The notes under the pieces are model-generated. The model saw nothing but the letters and a program-made list of their open reading frames with translations. It was not told where the DNA came from and made no database searches. Both the position numbers and the translations under genes were made by a program. Below, piece after piece: positions 1-11,745 of a stretch of DNA of 64,000 bases. The stretch spans positions 6,882,001 through 6,946,000 of the forward strand of contig CM097885.1 in NCBI GenBank assembly GCA_044892525.1. Direction: 5' to 3'. Positions within the stretch are counted from its first letter, which is position 1. Each line of letters opens with the position of its first letter. Source of the DNA: Schmidtea polychroa (taxonomy: Eukaryota).

Positions 1-829
1 GAAAACATTTATTATCTTTATTCTGTACATTTATAACATGGTTGGAGGTGAATGGTGTGTGAATAAAAGATTTAGGATTTGGTGGTGCGCCTCTCCAGTA
101 TTCAATCTCTATATTTTGAAAAGAGTGGAATCTTAAATTAGATTCTCCTAGTTCTTGTTCCACCTGTTCTTGTTTTTCTTCCAATTCTTTAGCTATATCA
201 TTAACAAGTTTATTTCCTGCTTTTGTAGAAAATAAATATTTATATGAGGTTTCAATTTTTACATCTAGAGGCATTGCGATCGAATCATCTCCTCTCCAGT
301 ATTTTGCATTTCCTGTAAATTTAACTTTTATAACATTAAATCTTGATCTACCAAATTTTTTTATAGCATCATCCATTGATGATATTATTTTTTTTTTATT
401 TTCTCTTATATATTGCATGATTGATCTGGGTCCTCGTTTTACTTCTGCAATTACATCGGTGTGATTGAAGTCATCCCAATTAAACTCTAGTTTTTCAGCT
501 TTTTCAGTCATTGAGTTTGAATCAGAATCTTTTGCTTCAAGACCACAATCTTCTATGTGTCTTAAGTAAAAAGATTTTATCCTCATCGTTTTTCCACATG
601 CTGAACATTCGAATATTTCTCTGTTTTTAGGAACTCCAATACAATTTTTAAAATGCTTCTTATAACCTGAAAATAAATATCTATCCTTACATTTAGTACA
701 GATTTTGGAATTAGTGTCATCTAGTGTGTTAGCTTTTATTAAATGGTCTTTTGATTTTTTATGAGATGTTAAAGCAGTTTTATTTTTAAAATTTTTTTCA
801 CAAATTTCACAATTGAAAATAGCTTCCAT
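1..829 (-). CDS. N-terminus of a Polinton-type protein-primed DNA polymerase B-like protein with N-terminal zinc fingers; partial, open off the left edge and absent from the ORF track
   Basis: Hand translation from ATG 829: MEAIFNCEICEKNFKNKTALTSHKKSKDHL (C2H2) ... ECSACGKTMRIKSFYLRHIEDC (C2HC) ... KSFIHTPFTSNHVINVQNKDNKCF. The last block resembles the YIPLP...IN.QN.D.KCF motif at the start of Polinton pPolB. Confidence 0.65.
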   Translation of the reverse strand, partial: MEAIFNCEICEKNFKNKTALTSHKKSKDHLIKANTLDDTNSKICTKCKDRYLFSGYKKHFKNCIGVPKNREIFECSACGKTMRIKSFYLRHIEDCGLEAKDSDSNSMTEKAEKLEFNWDDFNHTDVIAEVKRGPRSIMQYIRENKKKIISSMDDAIKKFGRSRFNVIKVKFTGNAKYWRGDDSIAMPLDVKIETSYKYLFSTKAGNKLVNDIAKELEEKQEQVEQELGESNLRFHSFQNIEIEYWRGAPPNPKSFIHTPFTSNHVINVQNKDNKCF

Positions 830-989
830 TTTTAAAAGAATCTTTTGGTTGGATACGATGTTTTGGTTTTGATATTAATTTTTATTTTTTTTAAATCTAA
901 AAGTGATCAGGCGACCTAGATCATTATGAATTAGGTAATCTGATATTCTTATAACATTAAATCCTTATAACATTAAATCCTTAAGACCA

Positions 990-1236
990 AGTAGTGAGGA
1001 ATCTATGCACCCCGTTACCTTTTCTCGGAATTACTAATCTATAAATACATCTATTCCGAACTTTTTTACTTTTAAGGGAAGAAATTAAGGGTTAATGGCA
1101 ATAGGGGACAAAGTTTAAAAGTTAAAAAAAGTGAAGAATATGGGGTAAAAAAGCATATAAATGTGGAAAATATGGGTCAATAGAGCTGTTTTTTTTTGAG
1201 GGTGGGGGTGCTGGGGTGCATAGATTCCTCACTACT
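990..1236. repeat. 247-bp MITE-like unit with perfect 24-bp terminal inverted repeats
   Basis: AGTAGTGAGGAATCTATGCACCCC (990-1013) and GGGGTGCATAGATTCCTCACTACT (1213-1236). No TSD seen. Confidence 0.7.
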
Positions 1237-2939
1237 GAGAACAAACGATTAGATGGCGATTAACTTCTGGCCACAACCCTAACAACATGAAAATTAAGAT
1301 TTTAATTATTGAATTCGTTGTTTTCTGCCTGGAAATACTAACAGAATATTTTTTAATTCAAAGAATCTTCATTATAAATTTTTGAATTTAAAAAATTAAA
1401 TTAAGGATATATAAGTGTACATAAAATTATAATATTATAATATTATATAAAATTATATAAAATTATACTATATAATAATATTAATGTTTAAATATGCTTA
1501 AATAACTAAAGTGTTTAAATATGTTTAAATAACTAAATTTAAATTATTTAAATATAATTCTGATATAACGTTATTTCTTTCGTTTTAGTATCCATAAAGT
1601 AAATAAATAAAGAATTTACTAAAATATTTTAATTATTTTACTTAGTAATGAAGAAAATGAATTATATGATTATGAAGAAGATGAACAAAATGGTGAAACA
1701 CTAAATGACTTATGTTCTGGATTTAGAGATTTCTTATTAAAACATGAATTATAGAAGAAAATGAACCAGGCAAAATGGTGAAACATTGCTATGTTCTGGA
1801 TTTCTTAAATGAATTAGCTGATTGTGGGTGTCCTTCAACATGAATTATCAGACTTAAATTATGTAAACTTTCAACGAATGTCAAGAAAAATGGGAAAAAC
1901 CGATGTTTTAGCAATTAGATATTGTAAAGTACTACCTGAAGAATATTATTATTAATGTAAGACATGAATTAATCTTTTAAAATATATATATTATATTTAG
2001 GTATCTGTGTTTTATGGTGGGAAATGACATTGAAAAAGTATACCACAAATAACAGTTGCCTAATAGTCAGACAGAATTTAATTTGTGACGATAAAATGTT
2101 AGATAATGTAAGTTAATTGCTTTTAAATCAATATAAATTTTAGCAATGATAGTGGACGCCGCATCAGAAACTAAGAAATACGTCCAATTTGCAAGATGTA
2201 TTCCAAATGGCCCGATGGAGATGATAATTTTGAGATAGATTACCAGCAGAAGAGCGAGAAAAATTTGTAAATTAAATATAATAGGGTTGGGTGGGTCCTC
2301 TTTATCCCTTAATTAATATATATTTACAAGCTGATCGTCGTGGTGGGCGGTTGTAATCCAACTAGTGGGAGGCCTCTGTAAATATATATTTGTGTTAGTG
2401 AAAACATTAATTAATTTGGTTATAGTGCCAATGACGCATGTATTTTGAAATTATACGTTTCGAATGTGCTGGTAGTTGACTACCCATGCTATGCGTAATG
2501 TTCCATACAGAAAACTATAATGCCCAGGTTCTTCTGACCCCACTTGGGGGAGGCACAGACGACCCTTGTGGACGCGAACAAATATCCACCGTGTCTTTCA
2601 GGCACAGATATTTGATCACTGCTCATTAGGCCTGGCAATACTAAATGCATAAACTTTGCCTTGTCCTCTCTTGTCTTGATTTTTATCGTTTAAATATAAA
2701 AGTGTGTGTGATAGGTTTTATTTACTAACCATAATTGATATACCCTTGCGATATGTTGAGTGTGAGTAGTACCTTTGTGAGCAATACCCATAGGGGGACA
2801 GAATATTTTGTCGGATAGACTAGGAGTATATACACCCATGTTAAACAAGGTATGTGTATATAGAATGTATGTATAAAATTATCGCTCCTTATTGACAACT
2901 TCCTGTATAGGCAAACACAAAATATTGCAAACATATAAT

Positions 2940-3010
2940 AATTCTCTACCCCATAACTTAGTGTGTAAAAAGTATTTTAAGTTTTTGACTAATTATAATA
3001 ATAATAATAA

Positions 3011-3055
<45 letters not shown>

Positions 3056-3309
3056 AGTTTAATGGGTTGTGTGTGTGGAAAATGTTTTAGGTTTTCACTA
3101 ATATTGATAATAATAATTGTTAATGGGTTGTGTGAGTGTTTTTATGNNNNNNNNNNNNNNNNNNNNNNNNNNNNNNNNNNNNNNNNNNNNNNNNNNNNNN
3201 NNNNNNNNNNNNNNNNNNNNNNNNNNNNNNNNNNNNNNNNNNNNNNNNNNNNNNNNNNNNNNNNNNNNNNNNNNNNNNNNNNNNNTGTAAACCATATTTT
3301 AGGTTTTTC

Positions 3310-3367
<58 letters not shown>

Positions 3368-3539
3368 GTTTAATGGGTTGTATATGTGTGTAGAAAATAT
3401 TTTAGGTTTTCACTAATATTGATAATAATGATTGTTAATGGATTGCGTGTGTGTAAAAAATATTTTAGGTTTTCAATAATAATAATAATAAAGTTTAATG
3501 GGTTGTGTGTGTGTTTTTATGTTTTTGACTAATATTTGC

Positions 3540-3617
<78 letters not shown>

Positions 3618-3660
3618 TGTTAATGGGTTGTGTGTGTGTAAACCATATTTTAGGTTTTTC

Positions 3661-3717
<57 letters not shown>

Positions 3718-3760
3718 TGTTAATGGGTTGTGTGTGTGTAAACCATATTTTAGGTTTTTC

Positions 3761-3830
<70 letters not shown>

Positions 3831-4060
3831 GTTTAATGGGTTGTATATGTGTGTAGAAAATATTTTAGGTTTTCACTAATATTGATAATAATGATTGTTA
3901 ATGGATTGCGTGTGTGTAAAAAATATTTTAGGTTTTTCAATAATAATAATAATAAAGTTTAATGGGTTGTGTGTGTGTGTAAATAATATTTTAGGTTTTT
4001 CACTAATATTTACAATAATAATTGTTAATGGGTTGTGCATGTGTGTGTAAAAAATATTTT
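2940..4060. repeat. Composite tandem array: AATGGGTTGTGTGTGT...TTTTAGGTTTT units interleaved with variable (AAT)n tracts
   Basis: Repeated units are directly visible. The array spans an assembly gap. Confidence 0.9.
3147..3285. other. Assembly gap (N run)
   Basis: Run of N. Confidence 1.
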
Positions 4061-4224
4061 AGGTTTTGTCTTGAATATATTTACCAGTAGCATTGTGAAC
4101 AGTACCATTGTGACTTGTTGAATGTGAGAAGTACATTTGTGTGCAGTACCCATAGTGGGACAGAATATTTTGTCGGATAGATTATATATAATAATAATAA
4201 TAATAATAATTATAATAATAATAA

Positions 4225-4930
4225 TAAATGACCTTGAAAAAATAAATGACCTTGAAAAATTAAATGACCTTGAAAAAATAAATGACCTTGAAAAAATAAA
4301 TGACCTTGAAAATAATAAATGACCTTGACCTTGACCTTTTATTAAAAATTTGACCTTGACCTTGATGAGTCATCGTTCTAAAAATGTGATGAGTCATCGT
4401 ATGAGTCATTGTCTTTGTTCTAAAAATGTGATGAGTCATTGTATGATAGAAATCTATATCTCATTAGAAAGGTCTTGCACAGAGCTTTAAAATAAGGTAT
4501 CGTCCAATAAAATCTGTTGGTGGGAACATTAATTTTTGGGATGAAAAAAAGTGTGAGCCCTCCCGGCCACATAATTAAAATTAAATGACCTTGAAAAAAT
4601 AAATGACCTTGAAAAAATAAATGACCTTGAAAATAATAAATGACCTTGAGAAAATAAATGACCTTGACCTTTTATTTAAAAATTTGACCTTGAAAATAAT
4701 AAATGACCTTGAAAAATGGTCTCGGGAAAACGTTAATAACTTTGCCGATGTTAATGATGATGATACCTTCAATAGCTCATTCGAAAGGTCTTGCATTGGG
4801 CTTTAAGATGAGGTATCGTCCAATAAAATCTGTTGGCAGAAACATTAATTTTTGGGATGAAAAAAAGTGTGAGCCCTCCCGGTGAATTAATTAAAACAAA
4901 AAATTAAAAAAAAATAAATGACCTTGACCT
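4225..4930. repeat. Subterminal arrays of an 18-bp unit AAATGACCTTGAAAAAAT, in two tandemly duplicated blocks of about 300-350 bp
   Basis: At least 15 TGACCTTGA copies. The block GGTATCGTCCAATAAAATCTGTTGG...GTGTGAGCCCTCCCGG occurs near 4497-4566 and again near 4813-4882. Confidence 0.9.
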
Positions 4931-5016
4931 TTTATTTAAAAAAAAAATTTCCCGGGGGGGAGGGGGTATATGTGGCCGGGGGAGCTCCTGGCCTGGGGAG
5001 CTCCAATCATACTACT
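4760..5016. repeat. Polinton terminal inverted repeat (right end), about 255 bp
   Basis: Reverse complement of 63653-63908. Near-identical over the outer ~185 bp and more diverged inward. Confidence 0.85.
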
Positions 5017-5428
5017 ACTATTATTCGAGCAAATGAGATTGCCTGATGGAGCTAGAAGATGAAGAGGATGTAGGTAATTTTCCCACTGACCCAAACTTGA
5101 TGCAGATCAGCCTGCAGCAAACGTAGATACCGACATGCAACATAATTTAGACACTGTCGAACGTAGCCCAACTCCTACAATTAGCTTCCAGAACAACCTG
5201 CAAACTAAACCTTTCAACTCTAGAAACTTAGTGTGGAGAGTACAGAATATGGACATAGTCCAAAATGCTTTCCACTTTGCTGGAAACACTGAGTATTCAC
5301 AAGAAATTATGAACTTAGACACTCCTTTTCAGTTTTTTTCTTATTTTTTCGGTGAAGAAATTTTAAGATTTCTAGTGGACGAGTCAAATAAATATGCCTT
5401 CCAAAAGAATTCGCTTTGCCGTACATGA
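5017..5428 (+). pseudogene. piggyBac-like transposase relic, continuing from the Polinton insertion site
   Basis: ORF 5135-5428 contains DTPFQFFSYFFGEEILRFLVDESNKYAFQK, typical of the piggyBac/PGBD N-terminal region (TP.xFFxxFF..EI...IV.ETN.YA). Confidence 0.7.
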
Positions 5429-6201
5429 AATGAATGTATCTCATTTCAAAATTTGAAAAATTCCCTTTAACCTTTAAATTTAATAATTTTAAAACGAATA
5501 ATAATTTAAATATTAATAAATTACTCCAAACAATAGAAACTTCTTTCAACCTCTGATTTTTTTACAATTGACATTGTATTTATTAAAATCTTGACTATAA
5601 ATCAGTAAAAACAATTACGCAATCAAAAAAGCAAAAAAAACGAGTTGCAACAATTTACCCCCCCCCACCTCCCGGGGGGTAATTGTCCCAGGGCGCTACT
5701 AACTACCTACTGTTGGGCTAAATTTCAGAGTGGAGAAAACTGGAGCGAATAGAAAAGTAAACCTCGAATAATAAATAAGATAAAAATATAAAAATCTCAC
5801 TAGTAAATAGGAAGGAACGATAAAAAATCAATAAGAGAATAAGAATAGGTAAAACAAACTGAATAAAACCCAATAAATCCCTTAAGATTTAGAAATAAAA
5901 CGAGTTAAAACACACAACGGATAAAATAGAAATAGAATAAGTAAAAAAGTGACAACAAATAAACGAGAAATTTAAGAAATAAATAAAAAATAAACCATTT
6001 TAAGTCTAATTAAAACAAAAAATAATATTACAATAAAATAACAATAAGTCCGCAGAAAAATAGAAGAGAAAATAATAAAAATAAGAAAAAATAAATAAAA
6101 TAATAATAAGAATAAGCCAAGCCATTAAAAAAATTTAATATACGATGATAAAAACATAAAAATAATAATAAAGAGTAAAAATACAAACGGGTCGCGTCCT
6201 G

Positions 6202-6254
6202 ATTGGACAGAAAATAATATATAAAGAGCGACAAAAATCTGTAGAGTATCATTC
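6202..6254 (+). promoter_or_regulatory. Candidate LTR core promoter: reverse CCAAT, TATA box and initiator
   Basis: ATTGG at 6202-6206, TATAAAG at 6220 and TCATTC (TCAKTY-type Inr, A at 6251). TATA to Inr spacing is 31 nt. Same motifs at +26433 in the 3' LTR. Confidence 0.5.
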
Positions 6255-8624
6255 TAACCCGAAACTCTACAGGTAAAAGTTTATTTAAAATATTATCATC
6301 ATTCTAACCCGAAACTCTACAGGACTTCAGGACCACTTAGAACTTACTAGAACTCGTTTACGAAGCAATCCTACAAAACCACTTACAGCCGATAAGCCAT
6401 TTTAGACTACTGGTTAAGAGCCTACGGAAAGTACCGAGAACTTAGACGACTTTATTATTCTATTCGATCCAGTTTTAAACTCAAAGGTATACATTCGATT
6501 GATATTATGAATAGTTATTTGCTGTAAAAATGTTGAAAATAATGAAAAGTAGAATAAATTTTATTCAATAAATTCAATTTGAAATGAACAGCAGCCTTTT
6601 TCTTCATGGTACCGGCCACTGTACTATTTGGGACCTTCAGGCATGATGCGGCAGAGCGAAAATACGTTGTGAAAGGGTTTGCGAGTATGCGTTGCGACGG
6701 AGTAAGATATCAGTCGATTTTCGAGGTTGAAGAAGATTTGAGGAAATTGTCCAGTACGGAGGGACATGCATCTGAATGGCTCGGAAGACATCATGCTTGG
6801 AACCCAGATGGTGGGGTCGCCGGGTAAATCTGATTTATTCATTTTATTTGTTTTACAAAATTTTTCCATTAATGTCGGAGTTGATTTTGAATTGCTTGAG
6901 GAGAGGAGTTGATTGTCTCCCATGACGGTGCAAGGACGGCGGCAGAAATGAGTGCCGTTCTTGGGTGGGTCATGAGAGGTGAGGAAACTCCGTGAGTCGA
7001 AGTATAGCTGAAGAGTGAAATTTCCTTCATCGAGTGCGATCGACCACCGCTATCGTCGAAAATACACTTCTTAAAAGAGTAGTCGCGAAGATGAAATCAT
7101 GAGAAACTCCAGGAAATTGTCGAATCAACGTCTTTTAACATTACATCCAGTCGCCATCAATCGCATTGGAAAGTTAGAGTCTATGTCGTATATCCCTCGG
7201 GAAATTGACACGAGAATATCTGGTGATTGGGGAGCTATAGCTGCGTAAAAAATCCAATGTTGTTCGCAGAGAATGTCATAGAGCCCGAGATCTTCTAGAA
7301 TCCACATCGCCAGGACATTTACGACGAAACCCATAGTCAGTGTACTTTTGAGTTAGATTGTTGGTTATACGGCCACTGATAAGCCTAGATTTTCTGAGAA
7401 TAAAACAAACAAATCACGAGAAATTATCGGAATATTTACGATCGATGCTAGAGAAACCGCAGTCGAATTTATCGGAAACTGTCAAACTAATTTCAGACAG
7501 ATTATTATTCACCGGATTGTATGACTGAGGAAAATCCGCCGAAGAGAGGGAGCGATAATCGTCTCTGCCATAGGTTTAGTGAATGCGTTGATAGAGAGAT
7601 GTCTAAGAGTTGATAACGACTAGAGTAAATCATCAGTTCTGACCCGCTAGTGAATTGTCGCGTAATGATTGGGTGGATACTTCTAATCAATCTCCCAGAC
7701 AACTGAATCTTGATAATCCGCCTCATTGACATACTACCTGGAAATTCTTTCTCAGTAGACGACAAATTGTTCTGAGTCCTAACATGTTCTGTGACATAAT
7801 CGTGACGTAACAACGAGGAAGCTAATCGAGAAAACGATACTGTGTGCACAGGCGAAAGAAAGAGATCACGTGCGTAAGGCAGACACCCACTCTTAAACTA
7901 CCATTCGAAGCAAACACGTCACCAAAACCGATTCATAAGCTAGGGACAACTAACATTACTTTAGCATGCATTGTCACATGTTGAATTACATGCCACATGT
8001 AAACGAAAGACGATCTTTTAACACAACTACATATTGCGTAACGTCGTCATGACAACCTCACGGCAAAAATTTAAATAAAATCAAACCATCATAAACTAAA
8101 CTAAAGGTGAACCAAAGATGTTCTGCTGTTAATTTTTTTTCTTTTTCTATTTTATTTTTCTCTACTTGAACTACTTTAGTATAACATAACGAGGTCCATT
8201 GGATGTCGAATTTTTCTTTTATAATACGACTCGGTTTAGTTGTGTAGAACGTAGTAATGAGGAGTAAAATCGCAAACATCAGATAATGATAAATAAAATA
8301 AAGGGGTTAGTATTGTCAGCACTAGACTGATCAAGTGCGAAAAGGGGAATAGTCAAACTCATAACACGTACCGATTGTAAAATGATGACAAATAAATTAT
8401 GTCTAGAATTTTCGTTTTCTTCTCGTTAGGTGTTGATGGTTGAGGGGATGAATTTGAATGCTTGAAATTGGATGAATGGGGGCACCGACTGATAATTTGG
8501 GTGTTGGAATCACCACTGAATGGTTTGATTGCGAAAATGGTGAACCTCGTATGTAAAATAGGAACAAAATCCTAGCCAATAAATTTTGTAAAATTGATAA
8601 TAAAAAATTCTGTAAACTCTTTAG

Positions 8625-9385
8625 ATGAATACCTCTACCAGCTCTGGAAAAAATCTTCGCCCATGTCTCTCCTGCGCCGATAAAAACGCAGATATCGCGC
8701 AGCTCCACCTATATATCGGGGCATTGAAAAAGAGAATTGATCTCTACGAAGGCACGTGGTTCTCCCCGCCACAAATGAAAGAGGAACGCAAGAAAATTCT
8801 CCGATTAGAGCATTGCAGGGACAGCCTGCTGGAGGAAAGCCGTTGCCAGCGGCTCACGATCAAAGCACAATCGGAAGCCCTCCATAAAGTATATACGGAG
8901 GCAGAATTGGCCAAACGGGTCCGAGAATTTCCCGTCATCGAGAAAACCAATGTCTTCCCCCTCACCATCAGGCCTCCCAATCAACTTCAACAAGCTGCCA
9001 AGGGCATGGTACCTATCTGCCGCCCGTCCCGGCTCCAACCTTATCGAGTCATCAACCCTTGGTCGGTGGACCTACCGATCCCATCTTGGCTCCAATTTTG
9101 GTAGCACCAATCGGCACCGCGAACATAGAAAACCCTCCGTCTACTCGCAAACGGAAACGGCCAACTCGAGCCGAGAAGAATAAAAAACGCCGAGATGCGA
9201 TGGCCGCACTCGAAGCGTCACTATCGGTAGCCCAATCCACCATAAAAGAAATCTCTTCCAGCCATTCAATTCCAACGAAGGAAATTTTCCGTGTAATTCC
9301 CGCAGAGGGCATCAAATACGTCTCTAACCAACGATTGCCGGTCGACATCGACGAGATGCTTGCTGATGGAGAGTCCTTTGACTGA
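8625..9385 (+). pseudogene. LTR-encoded ORF, 5' LTR copy split by a 1-nt deletion (159 aa + 108 aa pieces)
   Basis: Same sequence as the 253-aa ORF at 35058-35819 but with C5 instead of C6 after TGTCTT. Confidence 0.7.
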
Positions 9386-9918
9386 CAGATTTCCATTGCC
9401 TTGATTCTGCAAGATTCGGAAGCGGACTTGAGTATTTGTGAATATTGAACATTTATTTTTGTGACAGCCCCTTTTTCCTTGTTATAAATGTAATTATTGT
9501 TGTGGATGTAATATAATTTTTATTGTCTCTCGGTGATTGTTTTTGGCATGCATGATATGGGATTAAAAGTGAACAATAGGACGGTATCAGATATAGGTAG
9601 CACTACAGAGTCGTCCCCTTGGACCAGGGAAGGACCGAATGATGTGTAGAGGAATGGGTAAGACCTTCTACGGCGCCATGGAACCCGAACCGAGACAGGG
9701 TTAGGAGTAGTCTTAAGGCAGAGGCTCACCTGCTAACCTTTTCCGACCCGTGTGAGCAGCACCAACGTGGAACATCACCACGGGCTCATACGTGGGAATA
9801 TGCATTTGATCATCTGGTGTATGTATGGGAAGTGCCTGAGCGGAACGATGACGCCTTGTATGAGTGAAGGTTGCGCGTGCGTAATTTTTCTCTTCCCCAC
9901 ATATGCCAACATGATTTT

Positions 9919-9936
9919 TGGGGGCTCAGCCGGGAT
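9919..9936 (+). promoter_or_regulatory. Primer-binding site complementary to the 3' 18 nt of a tRNA-Pro
   Basis: TGGGGGCTCAGCCGGGAT versus the canonical tRNA-Pro PBS of MLV, TGGGGGCTCGTCCGGGAT (16/18). Lies 7 nt after the LTR end. Confidence 0.85.
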
Positions 9937-10374
9937 ATTGAATATTGATTTATTTGATTGTCTATTTCTGTGGTATGATGTGTTAGCATAACAATCTAAT
10001 TAATTATGATAGAAATGGAATCGGGGCCGAAACGAATTATAGTGCAATGAAATGATACGAACTGTCTGAGTTTGAAATAGAGCATGTGGTGAATGAAACG
10101 AACCTAAATGAGTTGGAGTGAATGTGATGAGGCATGATGAGAAAAGAAAACGGGAATTAGTTATTGTAGTTAATATTAACTGGTTAAAATAAAAGGGGGG
10201 ACGAAAGAAAGTAAGTGATTAAAGCGAAAAGATGAAAGGGGAATTTCAAAGACCGAACAAAATACAAAAGTTAAAACACTAACGCATAAAAGTCAACGAA
10301 TATTAAATACAAACATAATAATATTATTTTTAATACCAGCAGGAACAAAATAATAACAACACATTCATTTAGAT

Positions 10375-10854
10375 ATGTCGGAAGCTAGACAACATCTACA
10401 ACAGCTAAGCCGGTTCATCGAAATAGAAAATGATTCAATAAAAACATTAAAGGAAAAACTGAAACAAATAGAACTGTTAGAACAACAAAGCCACAACGCA
10501 CCGCTGATATCCAAACAAAACTTTCTAACCGACAGATTAGGATCAACAAATACCGATACCGACTTGTCTACCCATTACCAATGGATGCAGCAACGACTCG
10601 ACGACCCCGCTCTGAACATCGAATATGTGAGGATACGCGAACAAGTCAAAACTCTGTCTCAGCGGATACGAACATCAATAGTAGAGAAAGCAGCGGCCTT
10701 GAGAACTTGTAACATTTGCAAGATGCGACCTGTCAAAACTCTGATTCTACCTTGTGGGCACCTTATCCATTGTGACGAATGTGCCGCCAGTTTAATCCGT
10801 TGTTCTATGTGCACATGTGTAATAAAAGAGAAGCACACAATCTATTTCAGTTAG
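10375..10854 (+). CDS. Coiled-coil plus C-terminal IAP-type RING finger protein (putative E3 ligase, no BIR)
   Basis: CNICKMRPVKTLILPCGHLIHCDECAASLIRCSMCTCVIKEKHTIYFS*. RING spacing and the terminal aromatic-Ser tail are as in IAP/MDM2-class RINGs. Confidence 0.8.
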   Translation: MSEARQHLQQLSRFIEIENDSIKTLKEKLKQIELLEQQSHNAPLISKQNFLTDRLGSTNTDTDLSTHYQWMQQRLDDPALNIEYVRIREQVKTLSQRIRTSIVEKAAALRTCNICKMRPVKTLILPCGHLIHCDECAASLIRCSMCTCVIKEKHTIYFS

Positions 10855-11446
10855 GTACGCGATCGTCGCTCGGTGAAGGAAATTGGATGATTAACAATTA
10901 GACTAAACATTTTGATATTTTTGTTCTGATTTAATTCGGTAATGTTTTATAATGATAGCATATATTATCTGTAATGTGGAGGAAATAACTAATAAATCCT
11001 TTTTGTGTATTCATTTCATTATACGAAGTTATAAATTGATTTGTGTTGTTATAATTTTCACCATGAAGAAAGGGCATTTTAAAATTTAAAATGATTATTT
11101 AAAGTGGAACTAGTCCCGTCATAGGGTTAAAGGGGGAATAAACCGAGCCACCTTCGGGAGGTACGATGTTGGAAACCGTTTGGGGAGGGACAACCGATCA
11201 CCCCGAGTAAGAGATGTAAAGCGAGGTACCATCGCGAATATTGAAAAGTTTCTGCGGTATGGCTGATCACCATACCAATGTAGAAATGGATCAATGCGAT
11301 CGTTTTGTGTTTTGAGCAAGGGGAAAAGGGGAAACATTCCAAAGCGGTACAGATTAGGTCGACAAATAAAAGTAAAAATAGGAAGATGACAGTATAGAAT
11401 AAAGACAGAAAAGGAACGGAAGCATGCAGAGTTTAGAGACATTAGG

Positions 11447-11745
11447 GCCGAGCTGTCGAAAAGTCCAGCCGGTCAGGGAAATTGAAACTGAGCTGTGAAA
11501 AGTCCAGCCAGTCGGGGATAATAAGGCCGAGTTGTTGAATAGTCCAACCGGTGAGGAGAAGAAGATTGAGCTGTTGAATAGTGCCAGCCAGTCGTAAGAT
11601 CGAGTTGTTGAATAGTCCAACCGGTCAGGAGAAGAAGATTGAGCTGTTGAATAGTGCCAGCCAGTCGTAAGATCGAGTTGTTGAATAGTCCAACCGGTCA
11701 GGAGAGGAAGATTGAGCTGTTGAATAGTGCCAGCCAGTCGTAAAG
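11447..11745 (+). repeat. Tandem repeat in the 5' leader: 73-bp higher-order unit built from two related subunits (34 + 39 bp)
   Basis: GAG(C/T)TGTTGAATAGT cores at 11568, 11602, 11641, 11675 and 11714 (period 73). More diverged copies lie upstream, about 8 subunits in all. Confidence 0.9.

Larger units (their letters stand above)
1..5016. mobile_element. Right arm of a Polinton/Maverick-like element, running off the window start
   Basis: Ends in ...CCAATCATACTACT (5'-AGTAGT terminus on the minus strand). 4760-5016 is an inverted copy of 63653-63908. Followed by the 6-bp ACTATT. Contains a pPolB-like ORF start at 829 (-). Confidence 0.75.
5711..9911 (+). repeat. 5' LTR (4,201 bp)
   Basis: Matches 32144-36345 at offset 26433/26434. 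Differences spotted by eye (not exhaustive): substitutions at 6341, 6343, 6344, 6400, 6628, 9370 and a C5/C6 indel at 8957-8961. Confidence 0.97.

Noticed and set aside
3062-3856. ORFs with poly-I/N/Y/X tracts (also 57839-58128)
   Set aside because: Translations of (AAT)n microsatellites and N gaps.
11447-11745. CRISPR-like look of the leader repeat
   Set aside because: Intervening sequences are themselves repeated rather than unique spacers, there are no cas genes, and the context is eukaryotic.
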